From: an uncultured bacterium
GTDB lineage: Bacteria; Acidobacteriota; HRBIN11; JAKEFK01
Length of the DNA: 64,000 nucleotides
Direction of reading: 5' to 3'
NCBI GenBank assembly: GCA_963777505.1
Contig: CAVZQN010000004.1
Coordinates: forward strand, 1,312,001 to 1,376,000
A program made the translations under genes and the position numbers. This document shows positions 19,335 through 28,476 of this stretch, piece by piece. The notes beneath the pieces are model-generated. The model was given only the letters and a program-made list of their open reading frames with translations. It had not been told where the DNA came from and searched no databases. Position 1 is the first letter of the stretch. Each line of letters starts with the position of its first letter.

Positions 19335-19760
19335 TTAAAGGCTTGTATTCTTTGCCCTTTCACCCTTTTGTTCTTGAGGTTCATATTTTGTTGGGCATTT
19401 CGCAAGCAGAGTCGTGGCATGAAAAATCCTGCGCTCAGAGTCATATTTACCTTCTACTACTACATCGGAACCATCTTTGAAAGTATCCGGAACAACGCCA
19501 TGATATTCCACATTAACTGTATTCGCCGGCGTATGTCCATGAATACCGAAACTATAATCAAGCTGCGCTTTTTGAATGGTTCCTTCGATTACTTTCCCAT
19601 TCACTTTGATGGTTTCTCCATTCAAAGAGCTTGCTTTAGGCAGAAACTCATCTACATGGTAGTAATAAACCATATTCGAATTTAATCCAGTGTAGACGAG
19701 AAACCCTAAAGAACTGACTACAACAGCGATACTGAGCAATAGTGCGGTTTTTCCATTCAT
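19335..19760 (-). CDS. ccmE: Heme chaperone CcmE, CxxxY (System I*) type
   Basis: Y.GVVPDTFKDG..VVVEG, LLAKCPTKY heme-binding motif. Confidence 0.93.
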   Translation of the reverse strand: MNGKTALLLSIAVVVSSLGFLVYTGLNSNMVYYYHVDEFLPKASSLNGETIKVNGKVIEGTIQKAQLDYSFGIHGHTPANTVNVEYHGVVPDTFKDGSDVVVEGKYDSERRIFHATTLLAKCPTKYEPQEQKGERAKNTSL

Positions 19761-19834
19761 GAAAGTCCTATTTTAACACACGCTTAAATATATATAGAGT
19801 CTGCAGTCGAGGGAAAGATACAAATAAGAAAGAT

Positions 19835-19859
19835 CGGGATGCGGGATTCAGGATGCAGG
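19835..19859. repeat. Heptamer tandem repeat (CCTGMAT family) overlapping a stop codon
   Basis: Minus strand reads CCTGCAT CCTGAAT CCCGCAT CCCG; same family as 40025-40069. Confidence 0.55.
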
Positions 19860-21677
19860 CTTTATGCCTGGCAGTTCTAAACTCACGAATACGCCGAGAT
19901 AACGCTCAGACATTTTGTCAACTTTGGTAATTTTGCCTTGCAAAGATCGAATCTTGAGGCGGTACAAATAAGTCACTCCGGTATTATCACGATCGTAAGG
20001 AACCGGGTCAGACATATAGACTTCACCAGAATAGAAAACTGGCTCCTTAAGCTCAATTTTTGTCTTCTCTCCGCCATCAACAATCACCGTAGTCCCTGAC
20101 ATGGCTGGTTTCAGTTTCAAGTGCAAACGTGAAATCTTTTGAGTTGTCCTCACAATGATTTCACATTCGCGCTCTCCTTTCACCCAAAATCCGATTCTAC
20201 GATCGTAGGTCTCGCGGAAATAAGTGTTGTTATCAGCGAAATATAACAAGTATGTTGGCGGATCATCAAATGCGACTCGAACAGCATTCCGATTGGTATT
20301 GAATGGAAGATCGGCAAGCAGAGTTCGCTCTAACGGTAGTGCTTTAAATATTCCAGCTTTTTGATGATAAGAGTTATCAAACGAACTCAAAATGGGTGTA
20401 AACAAAAATGGCGCTGAAAATAATAAAGATCCTGCGAATGCCAAAATAAGGAGTTTCTTTGAAGGTTCTTGCGTTAGGCAAAACAAAAGTACCGCAAAAC
20501 AATTCATCAAATATCGATTTCCAATGGTTCCAGAGCCTCCAAAATAATTCCATGGCAGCCCGATCATGTAGGACAAAATTCCCACCCAGCCGGCAGCATA
20601 GACGGCAGTAGCAATTCCACTTTTTTTGGAAAAGAAAAAATAGAGAAGTGAGAAGAACATCGGGAAAAAGTACACAGCCAATCCGGAATAGCGTCCAACA
20701 AAGAAATACCCAAGGTTATAAAACATGGATTTAGGAACATAATTGAGCCGGTCAAACCAATCCCAGGGACTAATGTTCAACTTTGATTCTGTTTTTTCGC
20801 CTGTTTGCCCGCCGAACTTTTGAGTAAACGGTGCAAATGGAGATGCTCCAGCCCGACCGTACGGAAAATTGTCATAAAAGACAGCTCGCTTTCCACCCTG
20901 ATAATTCCATTCTCCTGAGTAATGATTGTTTAAAGCAAAAAAAGCTGCTGTTCCCAGAATGAAAATCCCCAGGCAGATGGCTGCAGGCACAAACTTTCGT
21001 TTCCATAACAACCAGATTCCAAGTGGTGCAACTAATGCGGCATTCGTAACCTTGGAAAATGTTGCCATCGCAAAAAGAATTGCCGCGATCGCATAGTTCC
21101 ATGGCGACTTGAACAATTGGAATTTCGATTTCAATTGCTCATCTGCTACAAAAAAGAAAAATCCATAACAAACAAGACTCATATTGAAATATTCAGGAGT
21201 CATCCAAAACATGTAAATAAGGGACGCATTCGCCAGGAAATAAAAGAAAGAAAACATTGCAGCCGTAGATGGCTTCATAATGGAAATGCAGAAACGATAT
21301 GCGCAAAGCAAATTCAACCAGAGCAATACGCCATGAAAAATGAAAAACCCGTTCGTGCCGAACACCTTTACAAACGGAGCAGCAGCCATTGAGTACAGAA
21401 ATGCTTTCGCGAAAACGATTGTGTTCTGTTCCTCGTTTATTTTCAGAACGATCCCTTGCGGACCTGCAGCGAACTCGCGATAAACGCGGATCAAATCATT
21501 TTGCTGAAAAACCATGTCGCCATCTTCAGCAAAGCTATAAGCCATTGTGTAATACACCGATTCATCGCTGAAGAAAGCTCGCGTTAGTGCCAGTGGATTG
21601 GTCGCAAACCCCGCTGCAATGAACAGCAACCCAGCAAGGTGAATCGCCCACACAGGGGATAGAAACTTCTTAGTCAT
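19848..21677 (-). CDS. Polytopic membrane protein, probable GT-C fold glycosyltransferase (family 39-like)
   Basis: SDE..Y motif after the first TM, many TM segments, late RY motif, C-terminal soluble domain. Confidence 0.55.
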   Translation of the reverse strand: MTKKFLSPVWAIHLAGLLFIAAGFATNPLALTRAFFSDESVYYTMAYSFAEDGDMVFQQNDLIRVYREFAAGPQGIVLKINEEQNTIVFAKAFLYSMAAAPFVKVFGTNGFFIFHGVLLWLNLLCAYRFCISIMKPSTAAMFSFFYFLANASLIYMFWMTPEYFNMSLVCYGFFFFVADEQLKSKFQLFKSPWNYAIAAILFAMATFSKVTNAALVAPLGIWLLWKRKFVPAAICLGIFILGTAAFFALNNHYSGEWNYQGGKRAVFYDNFPYGRAGASPFAPFTQKFGGQTGEKTESKLNISPWDWFDRLNYVPKSMFYNLGYFFVGRYSGLAVYFFPMFFSLLYFFFSKKSGIATAVYAAGWVGILSYMIGLPWNYFGGSGTIGNRYLMNCFAVLLFCLTQEPSKKLLILAFAGSLLFSAPFLFTPILSSFDNSYHQKAGIFKALPLERTLLADLPFNTNRNAVRVAFDDPPTYLLYFADNNTYFRETYDRRIGFWVKGERECEIIVRTTQKISRLHLKLKPAMSGTTVIVDGGEKTKIELKEPVFYSGEVYMSDPVPYDRDNTGVTYLYRLKIRSLQGKITKVDKMSERYLGVFVSLELPGIKPAS

Positions 21678-21718
21678 AGGCTACTCATTGTATCAGGCAG
21701 TTTGTGCCCTTTCGCGAT

Positions 21719-21863
21719 TGCAGGGGAGCAGAGGTGCAGAGGGCAGGGGTGAAAGAAGCAATTAACGGTTGATGCATAGAATCAAACAACTAATCCTGCT
21801 TTCTCCCTCTCCCCTGCACCCCTGCCATAGGAAGGGAGAAAGAGGGAAGGGGAGATAGGGAGG
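21719..21863. repeat. Degenerate octamer G/C-rich repeats in alternating orientation
   Basis: GGGGAGCAGAGGTGCAGAGGGCAGGGG ... CCCTCTCCCCTGCACCCCTGCC ... GAAGGGAGAAAGAGGGAAGGGGAGATAGGG. Confidence 0.6.
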
Positions 21864-21885
21864 CCCGAAGAGCCACTGATTGTGA

Positions 21886-24252
21886 TTAAGCGATTGAGTC
21901 TGGGTCAATGTCGATCGAATACTGTGAGTGTCGTTTTGGATTTTGTTCATAGTGACGAAGTGCTTCACGAATGCAATGCCGCAATTCTTTTCGAGATGCG
22001 CTTTTAACCAAAATCTGAAAGCGGTTCAGACCCGAAATTTTTGCGATCGGCGCAATCGCCGGACCAATTGTTCTCATGGTTTCAGTCTTCATCGCCAGCA
22101 GCAGTTTTGCAAACTCACGAGCTTCTTCCAAGGTTGCTCGCGGATCTTTGCCTGAAAAAACTATATTAGCGAGCGAAACATAAGGCGGATAATTCATCAA
22201 TCTACGGAATCTGATTTCTTTCTCGTAAAATCCTTCATAACTCTGATTCATCGCGCAACGGATTGCATAATGATCCGGATGAAAAGTCTGCAATATAACC
22301 TGTCCTCGATCACGTCCTCTTCCACTACGGCCGGCAACTTGAGTTAAGAGTTGAAATAATTTTTCGGAAGAACGGAAATCAGGAATTCCTATCGATGCAT
22401 CGGCTCCCGCAACACCAACGAGGGTGACATCCGGGAAGTCATGACCTTTAGCCAGCATTTGTGTGCCTACAAGTATGTCAATTTCCTTTTTTGCAAAATT
22501 CGAAAGGATCCTTGAAATGCTTCCACGTTTGCGGGTTGTATCGCGATCGAAACGTTGAATTCGTGCTTCTGGAAAACGTTTCTCCAGTCCCTCAACAATT
22601 TTTTCCGTTCCGCTTCCAAATAAATGTAAAAGTGGACTCTTACATTCTTCGCATCTAGTTGGTGAGAGGCGTGCGTAATCACAATAGTGGCAACGCATGC
22701 GATTCGCGCTTTTGTGATACGTCAAAGTAACGCTGCAATTCGGACAATCGAGAACGTTACCGCATTCCCGGCACATCAATAATGATGCATATCCACGGCG
22801 ATTTTGAAGAACTATAACCTGATCCTTTTTCGCAAGTCGATTTTCAATTTGTTCCAACAGATATCGTGAAAAAACTGGATCACCTGTAAGCCTGTATTCT
22901 TCTTTCATATCTACAAGATGAACTTTAGGTAGTTGTCGTTCTTCGACGCGGTATGGAAGCGACAGATATTCAGATTTTCCGTTGCCTGAATTGAAAAACG
23001 ATTCGATGGAAGGTGTTGCTGATCCTAAAAGCACCGGGCATTTTTCATAAAGCCCTCGCATGATTGCAGTTTCGCGCGCGTGGTAGCGCGGATATTCTCT
23101 TTGCTTGAACGATGAATCGTGTTCTTCATCCAGGACGATCAAACCAAGATTTTTCAAAGGTGCAAAGACTGCGGATCGTGTTCCGATTACTATACGAACA
23201 TCACCCCGCCGCGCTTTTTGCCATTCTTCTACACGCTCGCGATCGGTGAGTTCACTATGCAAGATACTGAGATGCTGTCGCAGGGCATGTTCTGCGCGAT
23301 GGACGAATAACGGAAGCAATGCAATTTCCGGAACAAGAATCAAAACCGATTGGCTTTTGGATAAAACCTCTTTTGCAATTCGCAAATAAACTTCAGTTTT
23401 TCCAGAACCAGTCACGCCATGAATCAAGAAAACTCCGAAGTCTCCCAGTCCATTCCGCAGTTTTTGTAAAGCATCCGTCTGAGCTTCATTCAACTCTTTT
23501 ACTGGATTTACGTTCGGCCAAATATTTTGCGGCGAAGCAGGAAGCCAGAAACAGCGAATAATATTGTTTTTCGCCATTGATCGGATCGCAATAGGGGCAT
23601 TCTTAAATTGATTGCGAAGGTCTTCCACCCAGACGGCTCCCGGCTGATTTTGAAGATACTCAAAAATTTCTCGCTCTTTTGGCTTTTGCGGAGGAATGGC
23701 CGTTTCAATCAGTTCTACCATGTTATAGCCGCGTCGTTTTTCCTTTTTTGAAGCTGTGATTTCTACTTTGCCTTGCTCTTCTAAACTTCTCAGCTGCGAA
23801 AAGGTCCCTTTATGACCGAAGAGTTCATAAAGTTTTTTTAGTGGAAGAGATTTTTTATCTGAGAGTACCTGGAGTAATGCGTGCTGGCCTGCGTTAAATT
23901 CACCCGTTGCTGTTAGTGTTACCAAAGTTTCAGGCCGCACATCCAAACCGGGAGGCAGTGCCGACTTTAAAATATCTCCCCAATCCGCAATATAGTAATC
24001 CGACATCCAGCGCGTTAGCTTGAGCATTTCATCGGAAAACAAATTCTCACGATCCAATACATCTGCAACGGCTCTAACATCGAAATCAGATGGAACTTCT
24101 GATTCTTCGCTTTCCACAAATCCAGAAACAAATCGTGAGCCAAGCGGCACAAGAACACGCATGCCCGGCTCGAGACTCTTCATATCATCCGGGACAGAGT
24201 AGGTTAAATCTTGAAGCGGAGAGCGTGGGATTGTGACACGAACGTATTGCAT
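21886..24252 (-). CDS. priA: Primosomal protein N' (replication restart helicase PriA)
   Basis: GVTGSGKTEVY, LVPEI, DEEH, SATPS, NRRGY, four CxxC pairs, GTQMLAKGHDFP, QVAGRSGR. Confidence 0.97.
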   Translation of the reverse strand: MQYVRVTIPRSPLQDLTYSVPDDMKSLEPGMRVLVPLGSRFVSGFVESEESEVPSDFDVRAVADVLDRENLFSDEMLKLTRWMSDYYIADWGDILKSALPPGLDVRPETLVTLTATGEFNAGQHALLQVLSDKKSLPLKKLYELFGHKGTFSQLRSLEEQGKVEITASKKEKRRGYNMVELIETAIPPQKPKEREIFEYLQNQPGAVWVEDLRNQFKNAPIAIRSMAKNNIIRCFWLPASPQNIWPNVNPVKELNEAQTDALQKLRNGLGDFGVFLIHGVTGSGKTEVYLRIAKEVLSKSQSVLILVPEIALLPLFVHRAEHALRQHLSILHSELTDRERVEEWQKARRGDVRIVIGTRSAVFAPLKNLGLIVLDEEHDSSFKQREYPRYHARETAIMRGLYEKCPVLLGSATPSIESFFNSGNGKSEYLSLPYRVEERQLPKVHLVDMKEEYRLTGDPVFSRYLLEQIENRLAKKDQVIVLQNRRGYASLLMCRECGNVLDCPNCSVTLTYHKSANRMRCHYCDYARLSPTRCEECKSPLLHLFGSGTEKIVEGLEKRFPEARIQRFDRDTTRKRGSISRILSNFAKKEIDILVGTQMLAKGHDFPDVTLVGVAGADASIGIPDFRSSEKLFQLLTQVAGRSGRGRDRGQVILQTFHPDHYAIRCAMNQSYEGFYEKEIRFRRLMNYPPYVSLANIVFSGKDPRATLEEAREFAKLLLAMKTETMRTIGPAIAPIAKISGLNRFQILVKSASRKELRHCIREALRHYEQNPKRHSQYSIDIDPDSIA

Positions 24253-24267
24253 GAATTGACGGATCCG

Positions 24268-24999
24268 CTATGCACTTTCCTGCAGAGTTTTCCGGACAAG
24301 TTTTAAATCTTCCCATGCTTCCGGTTTTTTTTGCGGTGACCGCAAAAGAAAAGAAGGGTGATACGTCGCGATTACCCTACCAAACGGCATTTCATAAACG
24401 CGATTGCGAAGAAATGAAATGGAAGATTTTGATTCCAACAGTAGTTGCGCAGAAAATGTGCCCAGCGCAAGAATGATTTTCGGTTTGATAATTTCAATCT
24501 GCTTGAAAAGAAATGGCGAACAGGTATGAACTTCATCCGGCTCAGGCGGACGATTGTTTGGCGGCCGGCATTTCAACACATTCGCTATGAATACGTCTTT
24601 TCTTTCAAAATGAATCGCCTTAATCATTTGCATGAGCAATTGTCCGGCACGGCCTACAAACGGACGCCCTTGAATATCTTCATCTGCGCCTGGTGCTTCA
24701 CCGATCAGCATTAACTCGGCCGAAGGATTCCCTTCGCCAAACACGATTGTCTTTCTGCCGCGATGTAGTTTGCAGCGTGTACAATTTCCAATCTCCTGAA
24801 GCCGTAAAGTTTCTAAAAGTTCCTGATTCTGTGAAATACCTGCAGAAAGCTCCACGCTGTTTGAAGATACATTGGAAGGAAGAAAGACTTCAGTTATTCC
24901 AAGATCACGGAAGAGATCGAGCCAGTCTTGTAGTGCATTTTCAGGCGTGACTGACGATTGGACGGCTTTTGAGTTCTGTTGTTCGTTCAATGATGACAT
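24268..24999 (-). CDS. udg: Uracil-DNA glycosylase family 4 (start uncertain)
   Basis: CTRCKL Fe-S motif, GEAPGADED..GRPFVGRAG, NVLKCRPPNNR, TYHPS. Confidence 0.9.
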   Translation of the reverse strand: MSSLNEQQNSKAVQSSVTPENALQDWLDLFRDLGITEVFLPSNVSSNSVELSAGISQNQELLETLRLQEIGNCTRCKLHRGRKTIVFGEGNPSAELMLIGEAPGADEDIQGRPFVGRAGQLLMQMIKAIHFERKDVFIANVLKCRPPNNRPPEPDEVHTCSPFLFKQIEIIKPKIILALGTFSAQLLLESKSSISFLRNRVYEMPFGRVIATYHPSFLLRSPQKKPEAWEDLKLVRKTLQESA

Positions 25000-26152
25000 C
25001 CCAGATTCCCGCTGCAATCACCCTTTTGTCGCGACGTTCAAAACTGGTTTTGTTTCCAAGACGATCCAGGATTACAACTTCATTCTGATCGGATTGAAAG
25101 GCGCTCTCGTTGCCTCCAACATTGTTTGCAACGATTAAATCCAGTTTTTTTCTAGTGAGTTTTTCTTGCGCATTCTTTTCAAGATTTTCTGTTTCAGCGC
25201 AAAAACCAACCAGTATTTGATTTTCTCTTTTCTCTGCCAGCAGTGCAAGAATATCATCAGTTGGATTTAAAGCCAGCGTTTCCGATCTGCCGGTTTTCTT
25301 CTTTTTATTCGTGAAAACATCGGCAGGCGTAAAATCTGAAACAGCAGCGCTCTTGATTACATAGTCTGCGGTTTCAAATGCCTCGAGTACTGCATCTCGC
25401 ATTTGTTGTGCGCTTTCAACACGGATCAAATTCACTCCAAGCGGTGGAAGAATTTGTGTAGGACCGCTGATTAAAGTTACGCGCGCACCTCGCATTACAG
25501 CTTCTTCTGCCATCGCATAACCCATTTTGCCGGAGGAACGGTTCGTCAAAATTCGAACCGGATCCAATGATTCCCACGTTGGCCCTGCGGTCACTACAAC
25601 GTGTTTTCCAAAGAGTGACGAGGTTGCGTTCAGCATCATCAGTGCCCGTTCAGCGATTAATTCAACAGGAGCAAGTCTTCCAGCGCCTTCGTCCCCGCAA
25701 GCAAGATAACCTTCATCCGGTTCTACAAAATGAACGCCTGTAGAACGAAGCTTTGCGATGTTTTCTTGAACCATCGGATTGCGATACATGTAAACATTCA
25801 TTGCAGGAGCAATCAAAACAGGGCAGCGTCTCGCCAGGAAAAACGTGGACAGAAAATCATCGGCAACCCCGGAAGCAAATTTACCGATGACATTCGCAGT
25901 TGCCGGCGCAACTACAAGAAGTTTAGTTTCGCGAGCCAATTCAACATGCATCACTTCGCCATTTCGTGCTTTGAATTCGTCCAAATAGACAGGATGCTGG
26001 CTCAGGCTTGCGAAGGTGATCGGACGCACAAATCGTGTAGCATTGCGGGTCATAACCACACGAACAGTGTGTCCTGCTTTTTGAAGGAGGCGCAGAATTT
26101 CAGCCGCTTTGTAGGATGAAATAGAACTTGCTACGCCAAGCGTTACGTTCAA
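24941..26152 (-). CDS. coaBC: Bifunctional phosphopantothenoylcysteine decarboxylase/ligase CoaBC
   Basis: APATAN, APAMN, LACG..G.GRL, TAGPT.E.LDPVR..TNRSSGKMG, AAVSDF, VGFCAET. Confidence 0.96.
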   Translation of the reverse strand: MNVTLGVASSISSYKAAEILRLLQKAGHTVRVVMTRNATRFVRPITFASLSQHPVYLDEFKARNGEVMHVELARETKLLVVAPATANVIGKFASGVADDFLSTFFLARRCPVLIAPAMNVYMYRNPMVQENIAKLRSTGVHFVEPDEGYLACGDEGAGRLAPVELIAERALMMLNATSSLFGKHVVVTAGPTWESLDPVRILTNRSSGKMGYAMAEEAVMRGARVTLISGPTQILPPLGVNLIRVESAQQMRDAVLEAFETADYVIKSAAVSDFTPADVFTNKKKKTGRSETLALNPTDDILALLAEKRENQILVGFCAETENLEKNAQEKLTRKKLDLIVANNVGGNESAFQSDQNEVVILDRLGNKTSFERRDKRVIAAGIWDVIIERTTELKSRPIVSHA

Positions 26153-26155
26153 GGG

Positions 26156-26374
26156 TTATTTCCGTGATTTCTTTTCTTTCAAACGATCCGGAAGTTCAAA
26201 TTGAACTTTGTGTTCGAGGCTTTCCAGCATCGCAACAACTGTCGGTTTTCTGATGCCTATGTCCGTACGCGGTTTGGCGCCTCTTTGAAGCTGCAACGCC
26301 CGTTTGGCAGCTATCATTACAAACAAAAATCGATTGTCGATCTTATCTAACGAAACTCGAGTCACATAATCCAT
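26156..26374 (-). CDS. rpoZ: RNA polymerase omega subunit
   Basis: NRF..V.IAAKRALQL..GAKP...KPTVVA..E; between gmk and coaBC. Confidence 0.9.
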   Translation of the reverse strand: MDYVTRVSLDKIDNRFLFVMIAAKRALQLQRGAKPRTDIGIRKPTVVAMLESLEHKVQFELPDRLKEKKSRK

Positions 26375-26413
26375 TGATTCACATTCTCCAGCTTGATTTA
26401 AATACGGCCTCCT

Positions 26414-26443
26414 ATTATACGGAAAGGTTGTGGGGGGTGGCAA
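26414..26443 (-). promoter_or_regulatory. Putative internal sigma70 promoter for rpoZ-coaBC
   Basis: Minus strand TTGCCA-18 nt-TATAAT. Confidence 0.45.
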
Positions 26444-26448
26444 CCGGT

Positions 26449-26548
26449 GGGGAGCAGAGGGGCGAGGAGCAGAGGAGCGGGGAGCGGAGGAGCAGAGGGG
26501 CGGGGAGCGGAGGAGCGGAGGAGCGGAGGGGCAGAGGAGCGGAGGGGC
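26449..26548. repeat. Octamer tandem repeat (about 12 x GGRGCRGR) between gmk and rpoZ
   Basis: GGAGCAGA/GGAGCGGA/GGGGCAGA units directly adjoining the gmk stop codon. Confidence 0.85.
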
Positions 26549-27174
26549 TAGTCGTTTGCGGAGAAGTCGTTGAGGATAGAGTCGATTCGGTCGGTCTGCA
26601 GCTCGCGTTTGCTTTCGGTGCTATGAATGATTCCGGAAAGGCTTTTGGAAGCATTATGCAAATCATCATTAATAATGATGTAATCAAATTCCCCAAATCG
26701 TAGAATTTCTTTCTTCGCATTTTCAAGACGTTTCAACATCACTTCTTCCGAATCTTTTTGACGAGCGAGTAATCTTCGTTTCAGCGCTTCATAGGATGGA
26801 GGCAAAACAAAAATGCTGATGGCATCAGGCATTCTTTCGCGAACTTGTCCGGCGCCTTGAACATCGATATCCAGAATCAGATCGCGATTTTCACTTTTTG
26901 CCCGATCAACAATTTCGCGGGATGTTCCATAAAAATGACCATGAACATTGGCCCATTCCAGAAAGCGATCTTCCTTGATCATCTGCAGAAAGCGCTGTTC
27001 ATCGATGAAAAAATATTCGACGCCATCGCGTTCGCCTGGCCGTGGTGGGCGCGTTGTATGGGATACAGAAAACAATAAGGAAGGATTTTCCGAAAGCAGC
27101 AGATCAATCAGAGTTGTTTTGCCGCTGCCCGAAGGCGCGGAGATGATGAAGATATTATTTTGCTGTTTCTTCAT
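26548..27174 (-). CDS. gmk: Guanylate kinase
   Basis: [45 protein letters not shown]. Confidence 0.97.
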   Translation of the reverse strand: MKKQQNNIFIISAPSGSGKTTLIDLLLSENPSLLFSVSHTTRPPRPGERDGVEYFFIDEQRFLQMIKEDRFLEWANVHGHFYGTSREIVDRAKSENRDLILDIDVQGAGQVRERMPDAISIFVLPPSYEALKRRLLARQKDSEEVMLKRLENAKKEILRFGEFDYIIINDDLHNASKSLSGIIHSTESKRELQTDRIDSILNDFSAND

Positions 27175-27445
27175 CTTCTTCGGCTTCGCTCCTGACTTCT
27201 TCCTCCTCGCGATTTTCTAATCGAGCTAGCAATGTGGATGGCATTACCGCAGAAAGAACTACATGACCGCTGTCAGTTACAACAACTGCACGAGTTTGAC
27301 GTCCGGATGTCGCATCAACAAGCTTTCCATTCTGTCGAGCCTCTTCTTTCAACCGCTTAATCGGTGCAGACTTCGGTGAAACGATCGCAATGATCCGGGA
27401 TGAGATTACAGTATGTCCAAATCCAATATTGAGTAATTCGCGCAT
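27155..27445 (-). CDS. remA: RemA/DUF370 family regulator
   Basis: LLNIGFG.....[15 protein letters not shown]...A...GKLVDAT.GR.TRAV..TDS.HV.LSA; yicC-remA-gmk synteny. Confidence 0.9.
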   Translation of the reverse strand: MRELLNIGFGHTVISSRIIAIVSPKSAPIKRLKEEARQNGKLVDATSGRQTRAVVVTDSGHVVLSAVMPSTLLARLENREEEEVRSEAEEDEETAK

Positions 27446-27557
27446 ATTCCCTTGGTGAAGATCGAGGAGATGAGTCTAAGATATCGAGAATTTTGAATAA
27501 AATCAATGAAAATAGAAGAAATAAGGCGTGATTTTCGCTTTTTCTTGAAATTTGGCG

Positions 27558-28439
27558 TTATTCTACGTTCTGGCTTTGCTCTCGGACTTTTTCAACTTCT
27601 GTTTTCATCTCGATCACAGTTTGAGAAATTGGGAGCAAATCGCATTTTGAGCCAATCGTATTGATTTCCCTCAAAATCTCTTGAAGTAGAAAATCGAGCT
27701 TTCGACCCGCAGCCTCTGCTTTTTGAAACAAAGTTTCACATTGTGAAATGTGGCTTCGGAGCCGCACGAGTTCTTCCGTAATGTCCGAACGTTCCGCATA
27801 ATAGGCAATTTCTTGAAACATACGTCCTGTATCTATGTTCTGGCCATTTAACAATTCTTTCATCTTTTCTTCTGTGACTTTTCGAACCATTGCAGGATAT
27901 TCATGCGCATTTTCTTCGATACGAGTCGTCATGCTACGAAGATTATTTAAACGTTCGTGAAGATCTCGCTGAAGGATCTGACCTTCTTGAAGTCTCATTT
28001 GAACAAGCGACTTCAAGCATGTTTCAACCATGGTTTTGATTTCATCAAGCACATCTTTACTGATTTTTTGAACATCGGTCTGAACTTCGATTAGGCCGGG
28101 GATTCTTAGTACAGCAGCTAAATCGATTTCGCCAGGCACACCAAAATCATCCTGAATAGATTTCATTTCAGAGATGAGGCGTCCGACTAAACCGCGATTC
28201 ACGATTACGTGATAGATCCCTTCTTTGAGGAATGTTGTACGTAAGGTAATTTCAACGCGGCCACGCGATAGATGGCGTCCAATGAGACTGCGAAGTTCAC
28301 CTTCAATCGTCATGAGTTCAACTGGGAGTTTTAAGTTGATGTCAAGGAATCGATGGTTGTATGTTCGGATAAAAACATCCAACGTGAATTCTTTTCCTTC
28401 GTAACTACTTTTTGCAAACGCTGTCATGCTTCGAATCAT
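27558..28439 (-). CDS. yicC: YicC/YloC family endoribonuclease
   Basis: MIRSMT, N.RFLD, RG.V, DITEELVRL.SH, GRKLDFL.QE..RE.NTIGSK, EKVREQ.QNVE. Confidence 0.95.
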   Translation of the reverse strand: MIRSMTAFAKSSYEGKEFTLDVFIRTYNHRFLDINLKLPVELMTIEGELRSLIGRHLSRGRVEITLRTTFLKEGIYHVIVNRGLVGRLISEMKSIQDDFGVPGEIDLAAVLRIPGLIEVQTDVQKISKDVLDEIKTMVETCLKSLVQMRLQEGQILQRDLHERLNNLRSMTTRIEENAHEYPAMVRKVTEEKMKELLNGQNIDTGRMFQEIAYYAERSDITEELVRLRSHISQCETLFQKAEAAGRKLDFLLQEILREINTIGSKCDLLPISQTVIEMKTEVEKVREQSQNVE

Positions 28440-28476
28440 ATTTTCATTTTAACCGCAGAGTCTCAGAGTTCAAAAA

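Noticed and set aside
26374-26726. ORFs 26374-26703 (+) and 26415-26726 (-)
   Set aside because: They are shadow ORFs produced by the octamer repeat and overlap gmk
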